Assembly (NCBI RefSeq): GCF_018350175.1
Contig: NC_058368.1
Coordinates: 96,908,001-96,972,000, forward strand
Reading direction: 5' to 3'
Length of the DNA stretch: 64,000 bases
Source of the DNA: Felis catus
Lineage: Eukaryota
Below are positions 24,732 to 37,253 of this stretch, in pieces (the stretch's first letter is position 1; every line of letters begins with the position of its first letter). The position numbers and the translations under genes were made by a program. The notes below the pieces were generated by a model. The model was not told the origin of the DNA, did not search any database, and saw nothing but the letters and a program-made list of their open reading frames with translations.

Positions 24732-27409
24732 TTTGGAGGAAGAAAAAAATAATAAAATAAAAAACAAAAATTAAAAAGATTAAAAACAACACAAGAAAAT
24801 CAAATAAAGCAAGCTAGATCCTAGGTATACTTGGCCTGGTTATTTAAAGAAGCTTGACTGAATAGAGAAAAAAAATGGAAAGAAAAGAAAAGGAAAAGGA
24901 AAAAGAAAAAAAGTAAGAAAAAATTTTAAAATTTATACAATAAAATAGAACAAAATGAACTGAAGAAGGTAAAATAGAATAAAAAATATATTTACAAAAA
25001 AATTAAAATGTAATTTTTAAATTTTTATGTAAAAATGGAATATAAAATAATTTTTTTTGTTTCTGTATCCAAGAATAAGAAAAGAAACGAATAGACGAAT
25101 CAGTGAACAGAATGAAATCCAAATGAAATTTCACCCAGTTTCCTCTAGAAGTCAAACTATGAAGCAATTTATAGTCCATACACTAAGCAGGAGGAGAGAC
25201 TTGTGGTGGTCCTCTACAGCTTGGTTGGTGTAGTTGGATTGGGCTTGGTATAACGGCTCCATTCTTCACTAGGTGGCGCTGCTTAGCTTATTGGGTTGTA
25301 TCAATGTATGCGCATATGCAGGAGAAGTGAAATAGTGTCACCCAGCTTCACAGACTTTAGGTCCAGAACTCTGTCCTTTCCCCCGGTGGCACTCAAGCAC
25401 CCCTCTTTTGTCTCCAGCTTCTATCCACTCCTTGCTGCTACACTGTGTCCAAGCCACCAGCCTGCCGGGCAGCACCTCCCTCCCAAATTTTATTTTAGGG
25501 GGCTGTGTTTCCAAACCCCTCACTTCTGAGGGCCCTGCATTTTGGACCCTCTCCAACCCTCTGAAGGAGGGTGTCACCAAGCAATGGCTGGGTGCCGGCT
25601 TGCCCCTGGGAATGTTCCTGCAATCATGCTGCTATAGAGGCTCAGAGGTTGTGGCTGGGTGCTAGCTTGCCCCAGAATAAGTTTTTGTAATCACGTAGTG
25701 GCAGTGGCTCAGGGATTATCATAAATCACAACACAGTACACAACCTGCATCAGGTTTCACTGAACCCTGACATCTTTGTTCCAATACCAGCAATTGTGTT
25801 CTCCAGGGCCTGTTGGGACCTTTGCCTGTGGGGAGGCCATATGGCCTCTACCAAATGCCCTCCTATCAGCGGAACTGCTTCTCCCCATGTGGCCAACAGA
25901 CTCCTTGGACCTCATTGCCAGCTCCTGGGGATTCACACTTCCCACCAGCCAGGTATTGGGCTGCAGAATTTCTGACACTGCTTTGCCATGTTTACTGAGT
26001 CCTAATGGTATTGAAACCCTCTCCTTTCTCCTCTCTCCATTTCTTGTTCAGTCACTTGTGGGTGTTTCCACTCTTTCTCTTTCTTTTTAGCTACTTTTGG
26101 GGGGAGTGCTTTTCCTGTACTCTTCCCCCTTCCTCTGTCCTCTCTCTGCAAATACTGCTCTGTACCCTCTGTGACTTTTCCCTCCCTCAGTTCACCTCTC
26201 CACACCATGAACCTGCTGAGTTCTGTGGTCCAAGTTATGCAGATTGTTGTGTTGATCCTCAGATCAGTTTTCTAGGTGTGCAAAACAGTTTGATGCTGAT
26301 CTAGCTGCATTTCAAGGATGAGAGAAGCAGAGAACTTCCATGCTGCTGCATCATTTTGGCCCCTCCCAGTACCTATCTTTAATTTGAAACTGTGTTTCTA
26401 TATTCATTCCCAATTCTGAAAAAAAAGGTACAACTTCACTTCTTGAATTCAAGCAAGCAGACTTTTATCCTTCAAGCAGGAGGCTACAAGCTTATACCCG
26501 TAAAGCATCTGTCCAACTCAGAAAGAAACACCTAGAGATGGTGCCATTAGAAGTTGCCCCTACACTACAAATAGGCCACCCAAGTTATCCTACAACAAAG
26601 CATAATATCAACAGGCCCCACAAATTGGGTGGGGGAGGGAGAACATAGTATCTTCATCATTAGCACATAGTCCAAAATAACCAGAAAAAACCTTTAACCT
26701 AGAATGTAGAATCCAAAAAAACTTACATAGAGTGACTTTGAAGACAATATTAAATAATAATTTTCATCAGTCTTTTCAAAGAGAGGAAAGAGGATATTGT
26801 AAGACAACCTAGACACGTGAAGAATGTCTAGAGTAAAATTTAAAAAAAAGCTTATGAAAATTAAAACACATGATGGCAGAAATGAAAACCCCAATACAAG
26901 CACTAACAGGTCAAGAAACTTTTACAGAAAGTAGAACAAAAGACCAACAGAAAGAAAATGGCTATGAAAAAAATAAGAGAAATTGTTCCTCAAATACAGT
27001 ATCCAAATAATTAGGTTTTCTGAAGAAAACAGAGAATATGGAAAGAAATTACCAATAAAAGCATTCAACCTGAATTGCCATATTGAAATGGTTCACTGAG
27101 TACCCAGAGCAATGGATCAAAAATCACTTGTATCAAAGTATAATTCGGTTTTTCAGAATATTGGTGACAAAGAAAAAATTATATGTATTTCTGGCAAAGT
27201 GAAGAAGAATGGGGAAGAACACATCATGTTGACAGTATAAGGAATCAGATGGCTTTGGATATCTCAATAGCCATCCTGAAAGCACGGAGATAGTAGTAAA
27301 GAAACATCTCAAAATTCGGAAGGATGTTATCCAAAAGAGAATCCTACACCCAGCTAAATTACCAATCAGTATGGAGATAAAATAAAGACATTCTCAGACT
27401 TGAAACGTC

Positions 27410-27635
27410 TTTTTTTTTTAAGTTTTTTTTAATGTTTTATTTATTTTTGAGAGAGAGACGAGACAGGGTGCAAGTGGGGGAGGGGCAGAGAAAGAGGGAG
27501 GCACAGAATCTGAACCAGGCTCCAGGCTCTCAGCTGTCAGCACAGAAACCAATGCGGGGCTCGAACCCACAAACTATGAGATAGTAACCTGAGCCGAAGA
27601 TGGATGCTTAACCGACTGAGCTACCCAGATGCCCC
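27410..27635 (-). mobile_element. Can-SINE
   Basis: TSD AAACGTCTTTTT/AAATGTCTTTTT. Confidence 0.93.
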
Positions 27636-28412
27636 AAAATGTCTTTTTAATATACATATCCTTCTCATCCTTTCTCAAAAATCTGCAAGGAAATGTTTGT
27701 GAACAAAAAAAGGGAGAACAAACTAAAGGACATTAGTATCAGAAAATAAGGGGATGCAGCCCAGGAGAAAGGCAAAGAAGCAAAAGGGATCCTCAAAACA
27801 GGAAAGAGATATCGCAGGGTGGCAACTGAGCACAGGGATATATGGCTACCAGCCCTGACTGAAGTTGTGTCACCCAAAGATGATATATACCTGATGTGCC
27901 TGATGCCAGAATGCCTGGATATAGGATGCATGGATTACCTGTATGCCTTGTTTGTCTCAATTATTTATGTGTCGATGAAGCTCCTATTCTTCTCTAAATG
28001 CACTGTACCCGGAAGCAAGCAAGTTCACTCATTTCACCTCGCAGAACTCTTCTGTCTTTAGATAATCCTGAGACTTGAAAAGTAGACTGTCATGCCCTTA
28101 AAACAAGAAAACATAAATCAGTCTACTCCCTCTGAGTACTTTTCTTTTGGGTATTCTATACGAATCATGATAGATGCTCTGCTTAGTGTATGAGCCCCAC
28201 TTTCCCAGGACTCAAAGAACCTTGTAGACTGACTTTTCTGAGAAAGGACTCTTGGAAACTATAAAGATGCCCGAAGCCAATGAATCAGAGACTGTTCATT
28301 TCATTTTCTCCTGGGAGTCTTCACCTAAGGGTAATAGACTTGTGCATGCTTCTTGGTTTTTCCAGACCAAGCAATATTTTGTTTAGATAAAATACATAGA
28401 AAGCAAATCATC

Positions 28413-28616
28413 TTTTATTTATTTTAAGCTTTATTTGTTTATTTTGAGAGAGACAAAGACAGCATGAGTGGGGGAGGGACAGAGAGAGGGAGAGAGAGAG
28501 AATCCCAAGCAGGCTCTGCACTGGAGCGGGGCTCAAACCCACAAAACCTGTGAGATCATGATGTGAGTCAAAATCAAGAGTTGGATGCTTAACCAACTGA
28601 GCCACACAGGTACCCC
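28413..28616 (-). mobile_element. Can-SINE
   Basis: TSD CAAATCATCTTTT/CAAATGATCTTTT. Confidence 0.92.
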
Positions 28617-31600
28617 ACAAATGATCTTTTAAAGCAAGGAAATGAGTCAGGCAAAAGACAGATAGTGGTTACCTGGAGAAGAGAAGGCACAGTGAGAGCA
28701 GATGCATTTGTAAAGGGACAGATTCGTGGCCTACGTGGGCAAGTCTTGTTGTGATTTTATACATTTATAAAATGTGTATAGATGTATACGGTGTATGTAT
28801 GTACCCATATGTGTATTATACTTGTACATTTATATTTCACAATAAAAATTGAAGCAAGAAGTGACAATCATGTAGAATGTCATCCCACAGATAGAATCCC
28901 TTTTATCACGACAGTGTTTCTATGGGGGGTTGTGAGTGTTTCCTGTGTTTCCTGTGTTTTCATTTCCTGTGTTTATTTTGTTATTTTCTTCATTTAACAA
29001 CATACTGCAGACATCTTCCCAAGTCAAAATATATCCATCTCTTTTAATGCGTTATGTGAACATTCCATAATTTATTCAACTATTCTCAGTAGGCAACTTG
29101 CCATCTTAACATTTTTCTCCTCCTAAAACGGAAACAAGCCTATCTGCACCTTTCCCTCTGCTCAGAAATGCAATAACAACAAAAAAAAAGATAAGACCAG
29201 AAAGCAGTAAGAACTCACTGGAAGGCACACATTCTGGAGATGGCTGTGTTTCATTAACTGAGAGATGCCTGTTACTATTATTTTTTAACCATAATTTTAT
29301 GCATTTCAATATTCCACTCTTTTTAGGTTAAGAGTATTGCGGTTATATAATCCCAATGATACAGTAATGGGTCTTCTTGGAAGAACATGAAAATCCTTTA
29401 TGGTTACTTTAATTCTTTGATATTCAAACAGTAAGAAATACACACATAAAGAAGCTCGAGACCACCACCACCCCTCTATATCCCCACTTGCACCCCACTC
29501 ACAAGGTCAGGAGTGATACAACTTTGGTATATCTCCTTCCACACATTTCTCTATGAAATTTTCTCCTTTAAAGAAAAGAAACTACTTGCCAGTGCAGATT
29601 GTTCCACACAGCCTCTCTGGAGGCTTCTTAGCATCAGAGTTAATAAGAAACCTGATGTCAGCTGACATGGCTGCAGAAACAAAGGGACTGTATAATCATC
29701 TTGTTCTTACAAGTGCCGCGATTCTTTTCACTTTCCTTTATGTATCCATCTACCCACATCACTAGGCAGCTGCACACTTTTCAGTTAACAGATCCACAGG
29801 GCCCAATTCCTTTGACAGAGACCATTTGAATTCATTCTGGAAATCTTTTACAGGCAACCCCCTTAAACCAACTCAAACTCCAACATCCTGGGAATCAAGT
29901 TTCTTCCCAGCCTGTGCAGAAGAAGAAGCAGTGACCACCCTTCACTCCCATGCCTATAGGCTGGCTACAAATCAAACGGTCTCTTCAGAAACCCAGATAC
30001 CTCTAACTGACCGCCAGGGTCTGTTACAAAGCACAGCATTCACAGGAAGACATCAATCCACACTTTTTGCCAAAGCTGCACAATGTCCTTCTTGAGTACT
30101 TGTTAAACAGGGACTAAGAAAACACTTGAAGCCCAGAATCAGGTCCATAACCCCAGCTCCAACTTCTGCCCACTCCATCCCCTCTTTTGTTTCCAACCAC
30201 CTCCTCCTCCCCCACCTTTCCTGTAGTTTAGTATAGGGGTTAATGACTTACAAGAAGCGGAGAATCAAACAGCTAGACCTAAAAACTCTTGCCAGATGAC
30301 AAGAGAAGTAAGCTGGATCCAAGATTCCTGAACAGCCATCAGGATCACACAAGCAGGGATCATGGTCCATTGATACACATTTCTTCTCTTTACAGATGAA
30401 GTGGAAGGAAAACACCACAAGCTGATGTGCGTGAGGGCCAAACTTTTCAAGGTTACTTTCTAAATCCTAACTCATTCAGTATTCGGAAACTGCACAGTGA
30501 GCAGAATTTGTCACAAAACCTCCCTGCTGTGGAATTTGGTGAACAGAAACTCAAATATTTTAAACCAAGAATGTAAAATGTTATAAATAGAATTTTCTGA
30601 AACTAAATGCAATTAGCCATTTTAAAGAGATTCACCCATTTAAAAATAAAAACGGCAAGTACAGGGGCATATATTAGTATTTATTTATTTGTCACTGTTT
30701 TCATACTGTGCCATTTTATTTTCTATTACTACCATAATCGGATTGTGTTTTCCTAGTATTTTATCATGATTTCTATGAATAGATTATTAATTATTTCTAT
30801 TGCTGCCTTAGATTTATTGAATGTCACTAAAGTAATATCCTCTGGTACCTGTGAAATATGAAGCTATTAACAAATAATCAAGTGAAAAAGGAGTTTAAAT
30901 TTCTTTCCTGTAGAAGTTCCTCTGTTTCAGGGTATTATTTCCATTGATCAAAAGAACACAGCTTTGCCATCATTCAACGAAAATGAATATACCACATTGT
31001 TTACTCAAGATTGGCCATCTTCGGTTTTGTTTTCAAATTAGAAAATTTTAGTTTCCAATTTATTTATTCAATAAATACTACCAAAACAGGTCTTCTACAT
31101 TTAAAAAAAAGAAACAAGATACTTCTCAGAACCATTACTATCAGATCTGTTTGAATTATATCCCAGTCTTCTTGAAGGGAGATGAAAATTCTCTCTTCTC
31201 CAACTACCACCTCTCTGAGAACAGGGATCATGTTTTAGTCACTACCTGTACCTGGCACAGTTCTTGGTACATGGTAAGCAGCTAATAATTGGGTGATAAA
31301 TTAAATAAACAAATGAACCAACATTCAATATATCACCAGAACTAACAACATAATTTTGTATAGTCCAATCAGAAATGAATAGGTTGCTGATAGGGTATGA
31401 GTGTTCAAGTCAATATAGTATGTTATGAATCCCTAATGTATTTACTCATTGATATGTTTACTTCTTCCTTTGTTTTAAAGAGAAGGTTTTCTCCGACCAT
31501 CCTTTAGCTGTTACTGCCTTCTATATAGTATAGATCATTTACATCCATAGAAAAATAACCTTTTTATTTTCCTCTTGCATTAACTGAAAGGGTAAATCTA

Positions 31601-31829
31601 GAAAAGGTTGCCAACCTGCCTCAATACCAGAGAGGAATGTAAGGAGAACACTAGCCCCTACTTTCCAGAATACCTCAGAGACTAAGAAGAATAGAGAATT
31701 CCCCCACTTTCCAGAGTATCTCAGAGACCGAGAAGAAGAGAAAACTCCCCATGGACATGCTATAAGACACCCATTCTACTGGAATCTCAAAGCCATTTTG
31801 GCTGATTAACCATGACACAAATGTAGTCC

Positions 31830-32360
31830 CACTCTGGTTAGTGGTGAGACAGGTAAGTAAATGAATGACATAGTAACATTATGCCCAGAGTATTTGGAAG
31901 AGTGTAGCAGCTCCAGGCTCCTAGATTTTGGGGGGGTAGGATTAAGGAAAACTTCCCAGAAATGTTGACACTGAGCTGGGCCCAGAAACACAAGAGCAAG
32001 ATGCAAATCAGTGGATGCAGTTTGAGGTGGGGGAGGACATATTAAAGGCTCAAGGTCAAGGGAAAGCCTGGCACATCTAGACAATGAGAGCATCTTGGCG
32101 GACAGGTGAGGGAGGGTGAAACTGACCGTGCTGGTGGCCAGGCCCACACGTGGTGGGCCCTGCCCAGCACACCAGCGAGCACAGACTATCCCGTGAGTGA
32201 GATGGATCAATGAGGGAATCTAAGTCACAGTGTGTTATGATCAGTTTGCATCTGAGGATGAAAACTGTGTGAAGAATGTATTGGCAAGAGCCACACTGTG
32301 GGCAGGGAAGCTAGCTAAGTAAGTTATTACAGTTGCAAAGGCAATAAATTCTTAGGACCT
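31830..32360 (-). mobile_element. L2 relic
   Basis: AGGAAAACTTCCCAGAAATGTTGACACTGAGCTGGG...ATGATCAGTTTGCAT...TTATTACAGTTG. Confidence 0.55.
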
Positions 32361-32830
32361 TACCAAGCGTCCATTGCTACTATGCAGTCAATCCTAAAAA
32401 TTTGTCCTCTTTTATTTGCAGTCCATCCCTCTATTTCTTCTATCCCTTACTTAGGAGGCTTCACTTAGATACCTGACCAAGTAAATTTACTGCATCATGG
32501 GACTTCCACTTTCTGGGACATCTACATACCTAAAACTACTGGCTAGCCAGTAACTGGGACATATATGTACATCCATACAAAGAATCAAGTTTTAAGTCTA
32601 AATGAGTCGTAGCTTCAAAACAGGCATGCCAACCATTACGCTGTTCATTTATTTACAGCAGTGTCATTATCACCCATCACACTTTATTTCAGGGCAGGAC
32701 ACAGTGCATAATTAGAGAGCAATGTACACCATTCGATGGGAAAACATGAAATGGTAAGTTTGTTTCACTCTTTCTAATAGCAGCATATATTACTGAGTTT
32801 ATAATTGTCCCAAATGACCATTGGAGATTT

Positions 32831-33045
32831 ATTTTTTTTTTTCAACATTTATTTATTTTTGGGACAGAGAGAGACAGAGCATGAACGGGGGAGGGGCAGA
32901 GAGAGAGGGAGACACAGAATCGGAAACAGGCTCCAGGCTCTGAGCCATCAGCCCAGAGCCTGACGCGGGGCTCGAACTCCCGGACCGCGAGATCGTGACC
33001 TGGCTGAAGTCGGACGCTTAACCGACTGCGCCACCCAGGCGCCCC
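32831..33045 (-). mobile_element. Very young feline Can-SINE
   Basis: CpGs intact; perfect 20-bp TSD CAAATGACCATTGGAGATTT (32811-32830, 33046-33065). Confidence 0.97.
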
Positions 33046-34159
33046 CAAATGACCATTGGAGATTTAAAATAAAGTTCAATTTATACATTTTCAGAAGAAT
33101 AAAAATAAATTTATTTTCTGTAATAACTACTTAATCATGCACTTGATTCCTGAACAAACCTAGATACTAAATTATACCACGGACTATATACTAAGGTGAT
33201 TTGCCTATCATTGCTATAGGTATTGCCTGCTAATACAGGATGATGTTTTACAGGTCATATAAAATAATAAAAAGCCAAATAGTGAACATTACAAGACACT
33301 TGTTTTCTGTAGTATATAAACTTCTCAGTATACATAAAAGAAATTACTGTAATTATATTAAACAGCCAGTAAAAAAGTGCAATCGCAAAGACTTTACCAC
33401 AGCTTAGTTTCTCAGAACCGCTGTGATTATTACACAGCACTCATAAAACCTTGCATCAAACAATAAGACTGAAAATCCGTTTCTGAAATGTTTGTGCTAT
33501 GTTTTTTATTTAGGAAGGTTTTTAAAATTCCTTTAAGTATTTTTTAAACAATTTTACTGTAAAAAGCTGGGGTGGGGAGTTCTTTTTTTCATTCTGTTCA
33601 GAAAAAAGGAGAGTCCACATTTTGCCATTTGGTATAAACTCAATGAAAAATGGAGGTTTAGTCTGAAATAGCATGTAAGTTAGCTGCGTTTTCAGTCAAA
33701 TAATAAAAAGTATGTAACTTTTTAATAGAATTTATTCAACAAGTTAATGGAGGTCAAACTGAACAATGGCCACTATGCCTAAAGCAGAATTAATAACCAT
33801 TATTCTGAAATACAAGGTTCTGGCTATTGTTTTTCTTTTTTCTTAAGGGTATTTATAATGATCTTTGATATTATTCTATTTATAAAATACAAAACAGAAT
33901 AGATCAATAGAAAATGAGAAAGTCGGAGAACTGGAAAGTCACTGACACTTTCTAGTTATGCTATCTGAGTTAAAACTGAGCAACACTTTACATATCCTAA
34001 GTATGGAATAGTCATTAGAGAGTAAGGTAATAATTTTCTGAGATAATCAATGCTGAAAATGAGAAATAACTTTTAACTTCCCTAAGTTCCACATGAAGTT
34101 ACAGACAGAGAGAATCACAGAGGAAAAAAAAATCATAACATATAAAGAGAAAAATAATA

Positions 34160-34715
34160 GAAAAGATGTAGGCACCCCTATGTTTACCACAGCATCATTT
34201 ACAATAGTCAACATATGCAAACAACACAAATGTCCATGTCTAGATGAATGAATGGATAAGGAAGATGTGAGATTGTGTGTGTGAGTGTGTGTGTGTGTGT
34301 GTGTGTATTACTCAGCCATAAAAAAGAAAGCATTCTTGCCATTTGCAACAACATCCATGCACCAACAGAGAAAGACAAATACCACATAGTTTCGCTTATG
34401 TGTGGAATCTAAAAACCAAAAATGAACAAACAAAAAATAGAAACAGACCCATAAATACAGAGAACAAGCTGCTGGTTGCCAGAGGGAAGGTGGGTGGGGG
34501 GATGGACAAAATGGGTGAGGGGGAATAAAAGATACAGACTTCCAGTTATGGAATGAAGAAGTCAGGGAATAAAAGGTAAAGCACCGGGAAGAGAGTCGTA
34601 TGGTGACAGTTGGTAGCTACGCCTGTGGTGAACACAGCATAAATATAGACTTGTTAAATCACTGTGTTGTACACTTGAAACTAGTATAACATTGTGTCAA
34701 CTATGCTTCAACTGA
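34160..34715 (+). mobile_element. L1 3'-end fragment with an internal (TG)n tract
   Basis: Typical L1 3' motifs (CACCCCTATGTTTACCACAGCATCATTTACAATAG, TTGCCATTTGCAACAACAT, GGTTGCCAGAGGGAAGG). Confidence 0.85.
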
Positions 34716-36799
34716 AAGACAGAGACAGAGAGAAAATTGGGAGAGGTGGGGAGATGATGAAAGAGAGGGAGACCAAAAGGAAAACAACACATTACGTGAT
34801 GGAAAAAAGGAAGAGAAATAAATCAAAGGCAGAAAATCCAATTCTAAGCATCATTTTCTTCCCTACAAAGCTCAACGTGCTCTAAAGTAGAAATGTTTGT
34901 TACTGTTTGTCTCTTCCAAGACATAGAGAGAGGCCACTGAATAAAACCCTTTGTGCCTTACCTGCATTCTCATAAGGTTGTTTCAAACAGTGACAAATGT
35001 AAAACATTATTTGGAAACAAATAAGTTGTTAAAAAATAAGATGAAAAATACATTAAAATATGCTTCTGTACGTAAATGACCAGGACACATGTTACATGAC
35101 AAAAGCTTGTCATACTTCACCAATGTCAATTCATCCTTTCTATGTTTAATATTTTCCAGAATACATAATTAGACATCTTCAAACACAAATAAAGGAGCAC
35201 TGGTAATTATTCCAGGCATAGTATGATTTTTTTTATCAATCAATTATTCAAGAAACCCTTTACCCAATCAACACAAAATAATAAATAATCATTCAAAAAG
35301 TATATTGAAGTGTTCTCCTCTGGAGTGCATTACAACAAGTTGGCAAGGGTCTGCTTTGCAGTCTGCTTTTCATCTCTCTAAAATATAAATCGGTCCTGCA
35401 TAAACAATATTTCAGTAACTGACAGAGTGGGCAGCTAGGCTGAAGACAGCGGGGATATTAGCAACCATGACTGAGAGCAAAATTGGGGGTTGCAGAGAGA
35501 GAGGACAAAGTATACATTCAAATTTAAGGAATAGCTGTTGCATTTCATGGATTCCTTTCAAAAATGTAGATGACATCTTGAGGTTACCAGTGATTAAAAA
35601 GAGGCATCTACAAGAGTGCCTTTCACCTCCTCTGAAATCTTTAAAAAAAAAAAAAAAAATCTCTTGGAGATGTGCTGGCCCACCCTTTCCTGCTGTGGGC
35701 ACACAGAGGGTGCCTATGGCGAAATTCCTCCCAACTGGGTTTGCCCACTGGATGGTGTGGCTAATTAGCGAAGGAAGTTGAAGATACAGCCCAACTGCGT
35801 GTAATGCCAGCGTGAAACCTCAGCTTCACCAGAGCAGAGCTGGAAAACTGAGCTGGTATTACCTAGATATAAAACCCTGAGTTTCAAAAAAATAAAAATA
35901 AAAATAAAAAATAAAAAATAAACACCCTGAGTTTCATTAAAAGTTTTCCTCACCAGTTTCCTCTCAACTCTATTTACCAGGACAGCCTATTGAATATCAT
36001 CTTTCGGCTAGTCCCGTAACAAAGCCTATCCTAAAAATACCAAAAACAAACATATTACATTTCCTGAGCTGCTTGCTCAAAACACTTTTCTCAGAAATTC
36101 TTATTCAGTACATGGTTTTGAAAAAGAGATGGTCTACTTATGAAATGCAAGAGTGAAAAATAGTCAATTTCCTCAGTCTCCCAAAGGAAAGCGCTTGAAA
36201 AAGTTGGGAGAAATTTGAGTTACCTAACTGTCTGACTTAAAGGGAAATGTTCAGATTCAGTCTGTGTAGAGATTATTTTCTGCCCCATGTCCAGTCTCCC
36301 CTCCTTCCTTGTACTAATAACCTCTGAGTTTAACTGGGAATATGGAACCTGGACATTTATCCCCAGCTTCTCTGGCAGTTAAGTGCACCTCTGGGACTAC
36401 AGTCTGTCTTCTGAGACGTAATGAAAGTGACAAGTACACCTCCCGGAAGCTCGCCTTCTCCTTCTCTTTGCAGTGCCCTACTTTTCATCCCTTTGAAAGG
36501 AAAAGCCAAGTGAGACAGAGTGACCATATCGACTGGTTTATCGAAGATGCTCACATTTGCTCCTACTGTTTCAAGGTCTTGTGGTCACCCTAATCTGAGA
36601 GTGTGAGATGGAAATCATATCAAGAGTGACTGAGTTACAAAATGGAACTTTTTGCCTTTGTTAGAGCAGCTAGCTGAAAGGGCAAATGATAAAAATCAAC
36701 AGAAAAACATCAGAAATCCTTGTTAAATTTCAGAACAAGACACGATTATTTCCTTCAAGGTATCTAAAAGCTGAACATATAGACAAATAGTTTTCATTT

Positions 36800-37010
36800 A
36801 TGTTTTTATTAAAGTGTAGTTGACATTCGATGTTATATGGCTTTCAAGTATACAACATAGTGATTCGGCAATTCTAGACACTCCACAATGCTCAGCAGTT
36901 CCCATCTGTCACCATATGAAGTTATTACAATATTATTGACTAGATTCCCTATGCTCTACCTCTCATTCCCATGACTTACTTGTTTTTAAAAGTTTGTATC
37001 TCTTAATCCT
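36800..37010 (-). mobile_element. Old L1 3'-UTR fragment
   Basis: TTTTTATTAAAGTGTAGTTGACA...TACAACATAGTGATTC, the reverse complement of an L1MA/L1_Carn-type 3' end. Confidence 0.7.
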
Positions 37011-37045
37011 CTAATTAAGGCAGAATTGTATTCAATGCTTGAAAC

Positions 37046-37152
37046 ATAAAATAAATAAAATAAAATAAAATAAAATAAAATAAAATAAAAAGAATAGAAT
37101 AAAATAAAATAAAATAAAATAAAATAAAATAAAATAAAATAAAATATAAAAT
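37046..37152. repeat. (TAAAA)n pentanucleotide repeat
   Basis: About 21 mostly perfect units. Confidence 0.95.
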
Positions 37153-37253
37153 AGCCAGTGGGTCAAGGTGATCAAAAAGAAAAACCAGTACTTGTTTGGA
37201 GAAATCCAAGAAGGCTTCTTGGAACAGGTAGCATTTAAACTGGGCCTTGTGGA

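Larger units (their letters stand above)
19377..26367 (-). mobile_element. Full-length, decayed carnivore LINE-1 (~7 kb)
   Basis: The minus strand begins GGGAGGGGCCAAAATGATGCAGCAGCATGGAAG (L1 5' end). It continues through a 5'UTR with a T-rich tract, ORF1 and ORF2 remnants, a 3'UTR and an A-rich tail at 19377-19425. TSD AATACCTATATTT (19364-19376) / AGTACCTATCTTT (26368-26380), at an L1-endonuclease-type TT/AAAG site. Confidence 0.95.
18880..27830 (+). mobile_element. Ancient HAL1-like (ORF1-only L1 derivative) split by the full-length L1 and a SINE
   Basis: The 5' part (18880-19365, AAACTCCACTGACATCAGAGTAAAGGG...ACACAAACCC) resumes after 26380. Degraded ORF1-like sequence follows (GGAATCAGATGGCTTTGGATATCTCAATAGC...AGAATCCTACACCCAGCTAAATTACCAATC). 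No ORF2 follows. Confidence 0.65.
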
